Positions 49,756-58,414 of a stretch of 64,000 nt of DNA are shown here, in pieces. A model generated the notes under the pieces. It searched no databases and was not told the DNA's origin. It was given only the letters and a program-made list of their open reading frames with translations. Source of the stretch: an uncultured delta proteobacterium (lineage in GTDB: Bacteria; Desulfobacterota; Binatia; UBA9968); assembly GCA_963771465.1 (NCBI GenBank), contig CAVYTU010000017.1, forward strand, positions 576,001 to 640,000, in the 5' to 3' direction. Both the position numbers and the translations under genes were made by a program. The first letter of the stretch is position 1; every line of letters starts with the position of its first letter.

Positions 49756-51981
49756 ATGACGCAGGTTGTGGGTCGGCCGACGCCGAGAGTCGAGGGCGAG
49801 TCAAAGGTGACGGGGAAGGCGCAGTATAGCGCCGATTTGAATTTACCGGGGACGTTATGGGGACGTTGTTTGAGAAGCCCGGTTGCTTACGCGCGGATCA
49901 AACGCATCGATACCAGCAAAGCTTCGAGGGCGCCGGGCGTTAAGACAGTGATTACAGGCATGGACGTGCCGGGTCTGCGCATCGGCCGTTGTATCTATGA
50001 CACGCCGGTGCTGGCTGAGGGCGTGGTGCGCTTTATCGGCGAGAAAGTCGCGGCCGTTGCGGCCGATAGCAAGCAAGCGGCGGAAGCGGCGCTGGAGTTG
50101 ATTGAAGTCGAATACGAAGAACTAGAACCGCTGCTCGATCCGGTACAGGCGGTCCAAGATGGCTCGACGGTGCTGCATCCCGATCTGCTCTCTTACAAAG
50201 GTCTGCCGGTTCCCGTGGAAAAAGCCGCCAACGTGTTCGCCTATCTCAAGTGGGGCAAAGGCGATATCGACGCCGGTTTCAAGCAGGCCGATGTGATCGT
50301 CGAAAATACTTTTACTACGCAGGTAACCCATCAGTCGTACCTGGAGCCGCACGCCTGCGTCGCCAACACGCGAGCCGACGGCAGCGCCGACCTCTGGTCG
50401 TGCAGCAAGACGCCGTTCGCGGTGCGCGGTCAGTTATCGAACTGCATCGGAATCGCCAAGGAAAAATTGGTTTTTCATCCGATGCATATCGGCGGCGACT
50501 TCGGCGGCAAGGGCGGTTTCATGGACGTGGCGGTGGCTTATTTTCTCTCTAAGAAAGCCGGCATGCCGGTAAAAATGGTGATGGACTACACCGAGGAATT
50601 GACCGCCGGTAATCCGCGCCATGCGTCGATCATCAAAGTCAGAACCGGGGTCAAGAAAAACGGCGCCATTGTCGCTCACCACATCGACTTTCTCTTTGAC
50701 AGCGGCGCTTACGCGTCGATGAAGCCAGCGGGATATTTGATCGGCGCGTCGACCTGCGCCGGGCCGTATAAGATTGCCAACTGTTTGATCGAAGAGCGGA
50801 TGGTTTACACCAACAAGATTCCCTGCGGCCATATGCGCGCGCCGGGCGATCCGCAGGGATTTTTCGCCAACGAGAGCCAGCTCGACATCGTCGCGCGCAA
50901 GCTCGGGATGGAGCCGACGGAATTCAAACGCAAGAACATGCTGCACGACGGCGATGAGACGCCGATCGGCGGCCATATCTCGCATATCCGCGGTGACGAG
51001 GCGTTGGATAAGGCGATCCAATTGGCCGGCTACAACAAAGCCAAGGCGAAAAACGTCGGCCGCGGCGTAGCCTTCTCAGAATGGAGTCCGAGCGGCGGCG
51101 AAGGCACCGTCTTTGTCACCATCGAGGAAGACGGCAAGGTCAAAATCATCACGCCGGTGGTCGAACAAGGCGCGGGCGTGCTCACGGTCATCGTCGAAGT
51201 CGTCGGCGAAGAGTTGCAAGTTCCGGCGGACCAGATCGAGCTCAAACAAGTCGACAGTTCCATCGTGCCGAGCGACGGCGGCGTCGGCGGCAGCCGTGCC
51301 ACGCGGGTGTACGGCAATGCGTCGTTCGAAGCCGGCACCAAGGCGCGCGAGGAATTGTTTCACTTCGCGGCCCAGGCGTTGGAAGTCGATCCAAAGGAAT
51401 TGAGCACCGACAACGGCGAGATCATGCACAGGCCATCGAAGCGTGAAATGAGTTTCGCTGAAGTGGTAAAGTTCAAAGGCGCGCCGATATACGTGCGCGG
51501 CTACTACAAAAGCACGGAGAAGTCGCACGACGCATCGGTCTCGGCGCAGATCGCGGAAGTTCACGTCGATCCAGAGACGGGACAGGTGACGCTCCGCAAT
51601 ATGATCTCGGCGCACTCTACCGGCAAGGTGATCAATCCGCTGATGCACCAGGGGCAAGTCGAAGGCGGTGTCGTCTTCGGTCTCGGCTACGCGCTTACCG
51701 AGGAAGTGTTGTTCGACGACGGTGGCAAAATTACTACAAGCAACTTTGGCGAATTTAAAATTCCCAACATAACCGACATTCCGCCGCTGAAAACGCTCGT
51801 GATGGAAAACGTGCCGGCTGGACCGGGGCCGTATAATAGTTTGGCGATCGGTGAAGTGGCCAATACGCCGACGGCAGCGGCTGTCGCGAATGCGGTGGCG
51901 GATGCGTGTGGTGTGCGCATCACCGATCTGCCGGTGACATCGGAGAAGGTTTATAAGGCGCTGAAGGCGCGCGGCGCGTAG
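49756..51981 (+). CDS. Xanthine dehydrogenase family molybdopterin-binding large subunit
   Basis: KVTGKAQYSAD; VRFIGE.VAAV; HQSYLEPH; GGDFGGKG; MRAPG; EQGAG; GGSR; GQVEGG; IGE. Confidence 0.93.
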   Translation: MTQVVGRPTPRVEGESKVTGKAQYSADLNLPGTLWGRCLRSPVAYARIKRIDTSKASRAPGVKTVITGMDVPGLRIGRCIYDTPVLAEGVVRFIGEKVAAVAADSKQAAEAALELIEVEYEELEPLLDPVQAVQDGSTVLHPDLLSYKGLPVPVEKAANVFAYLKWGKGDIDAGFKQADVIVENTFTTQVTHQSYLEPHACVANTRADGSADLWSCSKTPFAVRGQLSNCIGIAKEKLVFHPMHIGGDFGGKGGFMDVAVAYFLSKKAGMPVKMVMDYTEELTAGNPRHASIIKVRTGVKKNGAIVAHHIDFLFDSGAYASMKPAGYLIGASTCAGPYKIANCLIEERMVYTNKIPCGHMRAPGDPQGFFANESQLDIVARKLGMEPTEFKRKNMLHDGDETPIGGHISHIRGDEALDKAIQLAGYNKAKAKNVGRGVAFSEWSPSGGEGTVFVTIEEDGKVKIITPVVEQGAGVLTVIVEVVGEELQVPADQIELKQVDSSIVPSDGGVGGSRATRVYGNASFEAGTKAREELFHFAAQALEVDPKELSTDNGEIMHRPSKREMSFAEVVKFKGAPIYVRGYYKSTEKSHDASVSAQIAEVHVDPETGQVTLRNMISAHSTGKVINPLMHQGQVEGGVVFGLGYALTEEVLFDDGGKITTSNFGEFKIPNITDIPPLKTLVMENVPAGPGPYNSLAIGEVANTPTAAAVANAVADACGVRITDLPVTSEKVYKALKARGA

Positions 51982-52042
51982 CGAAACAGAATGAATGAGA
52001 AAGAAAAAGTTTCCTTGGGTTTTCTCCGAATGATCGATCCGA

Positions 52043-52137
52043 CCTCTTCCCCCTCGACGGGGGAAGATTGAGATGGGGGTGCTGAAGAAATTTAAGATCA
52101 CCTCTTCCTTTGTCCTTCCCCGTCAAGGGGAAGGAAA
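52043..52137. repeat. Inverted pair of REP-like hairpins downstream of Mo-enzyme gene
   Basis: TCTTCCCCC-TCGAC-GGGGGAAGA and TCCTTCCCC-GTCAA-GGGGAAGGA. Confidence 0.7.
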
Positions 52138-52214
52138 TTCGGAGCGGTGGTGCGTAGTTCTGAGGTTACCAGCCGCAGTCGGTATTAAACAGATTCGAAT
52201 CGTTGGAGGGAATC

Positions 52215-53291
52215 ATGGCTGAATCATTGCGCTACTACATCGCTCACAATGGTGGTTTGAAAGTCATGGAAAGCCGTTCCGGTTCGATGCACGGCGTCGC
52301 CGAGCACTTTCCCGGCGTGACGCTGGAGCATTTGATCGGCTGTAAGAAAAAGCCGGAGATCATTTTTGCTGCGGTTGCTTTTGACGGCGGTTATCGTTCC
52401 GACGACGCCGGTAAGAGCTGGACCAAGATCATGGACGGCGACGTGCGGACGCTTAGCGTCGATCCGCACGACGAGCGGGTCGTCTACATGGGCATCGGGC
52501 CGATCCGTTTGTTTCGCAGCGAAGATGGCGGCAAGAAGTTCGAACCCCTCGACGGTATGCTCGACTTCGGCAATGACGTGAAGCAGAAGTGGGATGTGCC
52601 GCCGCGGCTGCGCGGCGTCGAGTCGCCGCACGTGCGCCATATTTTCATCCATCCCGACGATCAGAATCTGCTTTACGTCTTGCTCGAGCACGGCGGTGTG
52701 TTGCTCAGCCGCGATCGCGGTAAAACCTGGTACGATCGCAGCGTCGGCATCGACTACGTCGACATGCACTACATCGAAAACTTTCCCGGCAGCAAAGAGC
52801 GTTATTACGTTTCCTCGGCGCGGGGTTTTTTCCGGAGCGACAACGGCGGCGAACACTGGCGCCGTGTCGAGACCGGTATGCCGTGGGCTTACACTGAGCT
52901 GCATAGCTATTCCCATGAATGGCATTTCTTGCCCGGCGACACGCCGCGCGTGGTGCTGTGCGGCGGCAAAGGTTCGCCGGGCGTGTGGTCGCGCGAACGG
53001 ACCACGCCTTTGGGACATATTCTGCTCAGCGACGACGGCGGCGAGCGCTGGCGTATTTCCACGCGCGGCTTGGAAAAAGAAAATCCCTGGATGCCTTGGG
53101 TGCTGGTGCATCATCCGACCGATCAGAACGCGCTCTTCTGCGGCATGGGCGACGGCGCGCGCGGTTACGGCTTCGATGCGCGCATTACCGGCAAAGGCGG
53201 ATTGTTCGTAACGCGCGACCGCGGCGATTCTTGGGAACCGGTGTTGCAAGACACGCCGTCGGTGTTAACCGCTTGGGTGGCACCGAATTAG
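52215..53291 (+). CDS. BNR/Asp-box repeat beta-propeller protein, no signal peptide
   Basis: Six (S/T)xDxGxx(W/F) boxes: SDDAGKSW, SEDGGKKF, SRDRGKTW, SDNGGEHW, SDDGGERW, TRDRGDSW. Confidence 0.85.
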   Translation: MAESLRYYIAHNGGLKVMESRSGSMHGVAEHFPGVTLEHLIGCKKKPEIIFAAVAFDGGYRSDDAGKSWTKIMDGDVRTLSVDPHDERVVYMGIGPIRLFRSEDGGKKFEPLDGMLDFGNDVKQKWDVPPRLRGVESPHVRHIFIHPDDQNLLYVLLEHGGVLLSRDRGKTWYDRSVGIDYVDMHYIENFPGSKERYYVSSARGFFRSDNGGEHWRRVETGMPWAYTELHSYSHEWHFLPGDTPRVVLCGGKGSPGVWSRERTTPLGHILLSDDGGERWRISTRGLEKENPWMPWVLVHHPTDQNALFCGMGDGARGYGFDARITGKGGLFVTRDRGDSWEPVLQDTPSVLTAWVAPN

Positions 53292-53347
53292 GAAATGAAT
53301 CACATAGAAAAACTTGGAATCGGATGCCGCGAAGAGCGCAAAAGATA

Positions 53348-53439
53348 CAGGGGCGACCGGCCAGTCTCCTTTGGACGACACTGCTAATTAAAGCTGTGAA
53401 GCAGCGAACAGACGAGTGTGTAGGGTGCGTTTGCGCACC
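53348..53439. repeat. GTAG-type REP-like elements between convergent genes
   Basis: GTAG-GGTGCG-TTTG-CGCACC (53420-53439) and degenerate CAGGGGCGACCGGCCAGTCTCCT. Confidence 0.55.
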
Positions 53440-53448
53440 GTCAGATGC

Positions 53449-54570
53449 TTAATATCCGAATCCGTACAGCCGCGCGCAGTTGTCCCATAGGTATTTCCGC
53501 TTGCTCTGGTCAGTGAAGGGCATTTTTAGAAAGCTCTCTACGGCGTGTGGGTATTTCACGTCTAGATGCGGGTAGTCGGTGGAGAAGACGATGTTGTCTT
53601 CGAGGCCGAATTCGGGGATGAATTTCGCGACGTGCTCGTCGCACTCCACGGCACCCCAACATTGGCGCTGGAAGTATTCGAGCGGCGCTAGTTTCATTTC
53701 CGGATGTTCAGCGGCGCCGGTGAGCTCGGCGTACTCGCCCATTCTCCACAACAGCCAGGGCAGCCAGGCGCAATTGCCTTCCAAGAATGCCACTTTCAAT
53801 TTCGAAAAGCGTTCCATGACGCCGCCGTAAATCATATCGGCGCAGGCGAACATGTTCGCCATCGGAAATGACAAAGTGTTGAACATGGTGAAGCTCGGGA
53901 TGAATTCCGACAGCGCCGGTTGCGGTAAAAAAACCCGGCCGGCTTCGTGAAAGCCGATGGGAATATTTAGCTGCTGGCATTCTTCCCACAGCGGATCGTA
54001 GTAGGGATCGCTCCACATTTTACCGTTGACGTGATTGGGCCGCATGAGGATGCTCTTGAAGCCGAGCTCTTTCACGATGCGGCGAGTTTCCTCGACTGCC
54101 GACGATACATCGTGGGGCGCGACGATGGCGGCGCCGAACATGCGCTCGGGCCCAACCTTGCAGAAGTCGTACATCCAGTCGTTGTAAGCTTTGGCGATGG
54201 CGGCGGCGAGCTCGGGGTCGAGGCCGTCGACGGCGAGCACGAACAAGCCGCGGCTCGGATAGAGAATCGCCACATCCAAACCTTCTTTGTCCATGGCGCC
54301 GAGCTGCGCGACGTTGTCGAAGTCGCGCGCTTCTTCTTCGGGATAACGTTCAGCAAGAATCTTCTCGCGAATCGGCCGCAGCGCGGGAATCGGTTTCGGC
54401 GTCGGCCGTGGCATGACCTTGCCGTCGACTTGGACGCCGAGATCGCGCTTGTGGCGATTCAAACCGATGGGCGCGCGATCGAGAAACGTCTTGTCGATAT
54501 ATTTCTGCCACAGATCGCAGGGCTCCATCACGTGCATGTCGGAATCCATCGCTTTGAAACCGTTTTTCAT
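53449..54570 (-). CDS. Amidohydrolase_2 family protein
   Basis: AMDSDMHVMEP; MDKEGLDVAILYPS; IGFHE; FLEGNCAW; FSTDYPH; DNCARLY; GAGGAG RBS before ATG 54570. Confidence 0.92.
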   Translation of the reverse strand: MKNGFKAMDSDMHVMEPCDLWQKYIDKTFLDRAPIGLNRHKRDLGVQVDGKVMPRPTPKPIPALRPIREKILAERYPEEEARDFDNVAQLGAMDKEGLDVAILYPSRGLFVLAVDGLDPELAAAIAKAYNDWMYDFCKVGPERMFGAAIVAPHDVSSAVEETRRIVKELGFKSILMRPNHVNGKMWSDPYYDPLWEECQQLNIPIGFHEAGRVFLPQPALSEFIPSFTMFNTLSFPMANMFACADMIYGGVMERFSKLKVAFLEGNCAWLPWLLWRMGEYAELTGAAEHPEMKLAPLEYFQRQCWGAVECDEHVAKFIPEFGLEDNIVFSTDYPHLDVKYPHAVESFLKMPFTDQSKRKYLWDNCARLYGFGY

Positions 54571-54605
54571 GATTTGCTCCTCGATCTGATTCTTGCGCAG
54601 TTCAT

Positions 54606-54696
54606 CGAATAACAAAAGGGGCACGCGGGTGTCAATTTACGCTGAAAAACATCGGCTAAAAACAGCTTGACAGGCCAACCGGTTTCGCGGTACTCC
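54606..54696. promoter_or_regulatory. Divergent sigma70-like promoters
   Basis: Minus strand TTGACA (54630-54635) spaced 17-18 nt from TTATTC/TATTCG; plus strand TTGACA (54667-54672)-N18-TACTCC. Confidence 0.45.
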
Positions 54697-54721
54697 GGCC
54701 CATCAGTTCATAACCTGGGAG

Positions 54722-55717
54722 GTGGCTACGATGATTCGAATAGAGAAATCGGTTGTCAATCTTCTAATCCTGACGGCGTTCTGTTTCGCTCTGGCCGGCG
54801 ACGCTGGAGCGCAGGCGCGAACCAAAATTAGATACGCATTGGGCGACGTTATTTCCATCGATGAATTGCCGTTGTTGATCGCCGTGGAACGGGCCAAGGC
54901 GCGCGGTGTGGATGTCGAGATCACGGCATTCAAAAGCGAAGAGCTGGCGACCCAGGCTGTGATCAACGGCCAGGCTGACGTGGGGCAGGGGACGCCTTAC
55001 GCCGCGCTGCAGAAAGTCCCAGTGCCGATCCGCTTTTTCGTGCAGTTGAGCGCCCTGCAATTTTTCCCGGTGGTGAACAAGGAAAGTTACAAGAGCTGGA
55101 AGGATCTTGATAACCAAGAGATCGCGGTGCAAGGGCGCGGTTCAGGCACCGAAGCGATCATGATTCTAGCCGCAAAGCAGCACGGCATTAAATACAAGAA
55201 CGTAAGTTACGTGCCGGGATCACAAGTACGCGCGCTGGCGCTGTTGAAGGGAAACATCAAGGCGACGATTCTCGACGCGCCGAACAAGAACTTGGTGATG
55301 AAAGATGCGCCGGATAAATTTGTCATTTTGCCATTGGGCAACGTGAAGGCGAGCGACGAAGCGCTGTTCGCTACCCGCGAGTTCATCGACAAGAACCAGG
55401 CGGGTATCAGGACTTTCATTGAAGAACTGGTGAAGGTGAATCGCGCTATCAATGCCAATCCTAAATCGGTTCTGGACGAACGAAAAAAGCTCGGCTTGCT
55501 CAGTGATCTTCCGGCCAAGATGGAAGGCGAGATTCTGCCGTTCTTCGAAGAGGCCGTGCAAAACGGCGTGTTTCCCAGCGACGGCGGCATCGCGAATGCG
55601 GCGCAGAACGATCTGGACTTCTATAGCCTGTCTGGCGCACTGAAGGGCGAGAATCTCAAGGTCGAGGATTTCTGGCATTTTGCTCCGCTCAAGGCGGCGC
55701 TGGCGAACGTGAAGTGA
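54722..55717 (+). CDS. NMT1/SsuA/TauA-type ABC substrate-binding protein
   Basis: Signal peptide; AVINGQADVG; DLDNQEIAV..RGSGT; ALLKGNIKAT; first gene of complete ABC operon. Confidence 0.88.
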   Translation: MATMIRIEKSVVNLLILTAFCFALAGDAGAQARTKIRYALGDVISIDELPLLIAVERAKARGVDVEITAFKSEELATQAVINGQADVGQGTPYAALQKVPVPIRFFVQLSALQFFPVVNKESYKSWKDLDNQEIAVQGRGSGTEAIMILAAKQHGIKYKNVSYVPGSQVRALALLKGNIKATILDAPNKNLVMKDAPDKFVILPLGNVKASDEALFATREFIDKNQAGIRTFIEELVKVNRAINANPKSVLDERKKLGLLSDLPAKMEGEILPFFEEAVQNGVFPSDGGIANAAQNDLDFYSLSGALKGENLKVEDFWHFAPLKAALANVK

Positions 55718-55727
55718 CAATAAACTA

Positions 55728-55812
55728 TGGAGTGAAGTATCGGAGTAATGGAGTGTTGGAGTGATGGGTTTTAAAGGCAGCACTCCAACACTCCACCATT
55801 CCATTGCTCCAA
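55728..55812. repeat. GGAGT/ACTCC palindromic repeat overlapping the permease start
   Basis: Perfect 15-bp inverted repeat TGGAGTGTTGGAGTG (55749-55763)/CACTCCAACACTCCA (55781-55795), flanked by more ~8-9 bp GGAGT units. Confidence 0.75.
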
Positions 55813-56570
55813 TCTCTCCCGTCATCTGGCAACTGATTTCTTTCGCGCTGTTTTTCGGCCTGTGGGAGTTGGCCGGACGCTGGCCGATCAGTTTTTCGTT
55901 TCCACCGTTCAGTAAAACGCTGCTGGCGCTGCTGTCCATGATCGCCGATGGCAGTCTGGCCAAAGCCTATTGGTCCACGCTTCAACCGCTCGTCATCGGC
56001 ATCGTTCTCGCCGGCATGCTCGGCATCGGTTTCGGTATCGCCATGGGACTATCCCGCTCGATCGAATGGTTCAGCTTGCCGATTTTTATCGTTTTGCAGG
56101 CGGCGCCCATGGCAGCCATCATCCCGTTGCTCACCTACATGTACGGCATCGGCGTCCTTTCCAAGGTGTTGGCTGTGGTGGTGTTGGCGGCGCCCGTGAT
56201 CGTGATGAATTCCTATAAGGGCATCCGCAATACCAACCCTTCGCTCATGCAAATGTGCCGCGCCTTTCTTGGCACAAAACGGCAGGAAATTTTGAAGATC
56301 GTTCTGCCCCATGCGGCGGCATTGATCTTCGCCGGATTGCGCCTGGGAGTGGCGATGGGATTTATCGGCATCGTGATCGCCGAACTGCTGATCACGCCGA
56401 CCGGTATCGGCGATCTGATTACCTATAACAGTTCGGTGGCCGATTACCCGCAGATGTTCGCAGCGATTGTTTCTATAATCATCATTGCCGCTTTGACGAT
56501 CCACGGCCTCGAACGCCTCGAGCGCAAACTCTTCCCGCCGGAAATGCGAGGTTTTGAGAATGCCGGCTGA
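55761..56570 (+). CDS. SsuC/TauC-type ABC permease
   Basis: LWELA...FPPFS; APMAAIIPL; MCRAF.G; IFAGLRLG; AELL...GIG. Confidence 0.9.
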   Translation: MMGFKGSTPTLHHSIAPISPVIWQLISFALFFGLWELAGRWPISFSFPPFSKTLLALLSMIADGSLAKAYWSTLQPLVIGIVLAGMLGIGFGIAMGLSRSIEWFSLPIFIVLQAAPMAAIIPLLTYMYGIGVLSKVLAVVVLAAPVIVMNSYKGIRNTNPSLMQMCRAFLGTKRQEILKIVLPHAAALIFAGLRLGVAMGFIGIVIAELLITPTGIGDLITYNSSVADYPQMFAAIVSIIIIAALTIHGLERLERKLFPPEMRGFENAG

Positions 56571-57324
56571 CGCCATCATCGAGGTCAAACAGATCGCCAA
56601 GGTTTACGACAGTGGCGTCGAAGCGCTCGCGGGCGTCGATCTCGCGCTGCCTCGGGGCAAGCTGAGCACGCTCCTAGGTCCCAGCGGGTGCGGCAAAACC
56701 ACGCTGCTTAAAATTATTGCCGGACTCATTCCACCCAGCGACGGCGAGGTTTGGGTCAAAGGTAAAAAAATCCATGGACCTGGGCCCGAGCGCGCCTTCG
56801 TCTTCCAAGATTTTGCGTTGTTGCCGTGGGCCAATGTATTGCGCAACGTCGCGTTCGGTCTGGAGCTGCGTGGTTTAGACAAGCACGAGCGCGAGCAAAT
56901 CGCGCGCAAACATATCGCCGAAGTCGGCCTAAGCACTTTCGAGGCGAGTTATCCGCACCAGCTTTCGGGCGGCATGCGCCAGCGCGTCGGACTTGCGCGC
57001 GCGCTTAGCGTCGATGCCGATATTATTTTGATGGACGAGCCATTTTCCTCCGTCGATGAGCAGACGCGGCGGAAGTTTCAGGAAGAGCTATTGGAACTGC
57101 TCCGGCATAAGAGCAAGACCGTGATCTTCGTCACCCATAGTATCGAAGAAGCGGTTTACCTGTCCGATCAAATCATCCTCTTGTCGCCCCGGCCCGGAAC
57201 AATATCGCGGATCATCCAACCAAAGATCGATCGCGACGGAAAAAATCCCGACGAGATCCGCCGGGATAAAAATTATTTAGATACGGTGGACGAGATATGG
57301 CAGATCTTGAAGCGCTATGTTTAG
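56560..57324 (+). CDS. SsuB/TauB-type ABC ATP-binding protein
   Basis: GPSGCGKT; VFQDFALLPW; LSGGMRQR; LMDEPF; FVTHSIEEAV. Confidence 0.95.
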   Translation: MPADAIIEVKQIAKVYDSGVEALAGVDLALPRGKLSTLLGPSGCGKTTLLKIIAGLIPPSDGEVWVKGKKIHGPGPERAFVFQDFALLPWANVLRNVAFGLELRGLDKHEREQIARKHIAEVGLSTFEASYPHQLSGGMRQRVGLARALSVDADIILMDEPFSSVDEQTRRKFQEELLELLRHKSKTVIFVTHSIEEAVYLSDQIILLSPRPGTISRIIQPKIDRDGKNPDEIRRDKNYLDTVDEIWQILKRYV

Positions 57325-57449
57325 CGGGCGCCAACTTGCGGCGCCATACATCGTTCTCGGTCGTCGCCGGTCCTCAACGTACGCAACAATGTACGTTTCC
57401 GGGCGGCTCCTCCCTCGGGCCTCGTCTGGCTTGCAATTTGGCCCCCGCT
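57323..57449. repeat. MITE-like element with imperfect terminal inverted repeats
   Basis: AGCGGGCGCCAACTTGC ... GCAATTTGGCCCCCGCT (15/17 complementary), with internal AACGTAC..GTACGTT hairpin. Confidence 0.55.
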
Positions 57450-57480
57450 TGGCGATACATTTCGAGCGTCGTGACCTGAT

Positions 57481-58233
57481 ATGACTCTGTTCGGCAAACG
57501 AATCCCGATCCTTTTCTCCCTGCTGGTGTGGTTTGTTATCTGGGAGATCATCGGCCGCGCCAAGTGGTCGACCATCGTGCCGCCTTTGTCGGGCGTGATT
57601 GTCGCCGGAATGACGATCATCCCGACGGCGAAATTCAGCGCGGCGGTGGCGATCTCGCTGCGCTCGTTCGCGCTCGGTATGACGCTGGCGCTGCTCGTTG
57701 GCATTCCTATCGGCGTGCTCATGGCCAGAGTAGCGAGCCTGGGCAATGTCCTCGGCCTGTGGGTCAATATTTTCGTCAGCGCACCGATCTCCGCGCTGGT
57801 GCCGGTGCTGATGGCGTTGATCGGCATCGGTGAAACCACGGTGGTCGTCACGGTGTTTCTTTTCGCGGTTTTCGTGATCATTCTCGACACTCAGGTAGGA
57901 ATCAAACAGGCCGATAGATCACTGGTCGAAATGGCGCGCTGTTTCGGTGCGACGCGGCGGCAACTCTACACCAAGGTGCTCTTCTTGAGCGCCTTGCCGG
58001 AAATTTTGGCTGGCATAAGACTGGGCGTAATCCGCGGCGTCAAAGGTGTGGTAATCGGCCAGCTCCTAATCGCCATTATCGGTGTCGGCGAATTGTTCGA
58101 GCTCTACTCGCAACATTTTCTCATGGAGGAGTTCTGGGCGTTGGTGATCATCGTCTTCACCTTTGCTTTCGCAGTCTCCGAAGCGGTCGCATTTCTCGAG
58201 CGCCGCGTCGAATATTACGCCAGCTCGCGATAG
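57481..58233 (+). CDS. Second SsuC/TauC-type ABC permease
   Basis: IWEIIG; PISALVP; EMARCFGA; ALPEILAGIRLG. Confidence 0.9.
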   Translation: MTLFGKRIPILFSLLVWFVIWEIIGRAKWSTIVPPLSGVIVAGMTIIPTAKFSAAVAISLRSFALGMTLALLVGIPIGVLMARVASLGNVLGLWVNIFVSAPISALVPVLMALIGIGETTVVVTVFLFAVFVIILDTQVGIKQADRSLVEMARCFGATRRQLYTKVLFLSALPEILAGIRLGVIRGVKGVVIGQLLIAIIGVGELFELYSQHFLMEEFWALVIIVFTFAFAVSEAVAFLERRVEYYASSR

Positions 58234-58263
58234 ATGGCGCGGCAGAGCGGCAACGGAATCGTC

Positions 58264-58398
58264 TCCCGCAAAGGCGCAAAGACGCTAAGTTCGGAGAGAA
58301 TTGTCATTTCGACCGAAGGGAGAAATCTTTCCGGCGTCCGTTGCATTAGGGGATGACGAGCTTCGCCCGTCACTTTGCACGTTCGCGCCTTTGCGGGA
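58264..58398. repeat. Composite palindromic repeat between convergent genes
   Basis: Perfect 14-bp inverted repeat TCCCGCAAAGGCGC/GCGCCTTTGCGGGA enclosing a REP-like TGTCATTTCGACCGAAGGGAGAAATCT (58302-58328). Confidence 0.7.
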
Positions 58399-58414
58399 TA
58401 AATTCTTGTAGTCT

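Noticed and set aside
49756-51981. Aerobic CO dehydrogenase CoxL
   Set aside because: Active-site loop is GHMRAPG, not AYxCSFR (form I) or AYxGAGR (form II).
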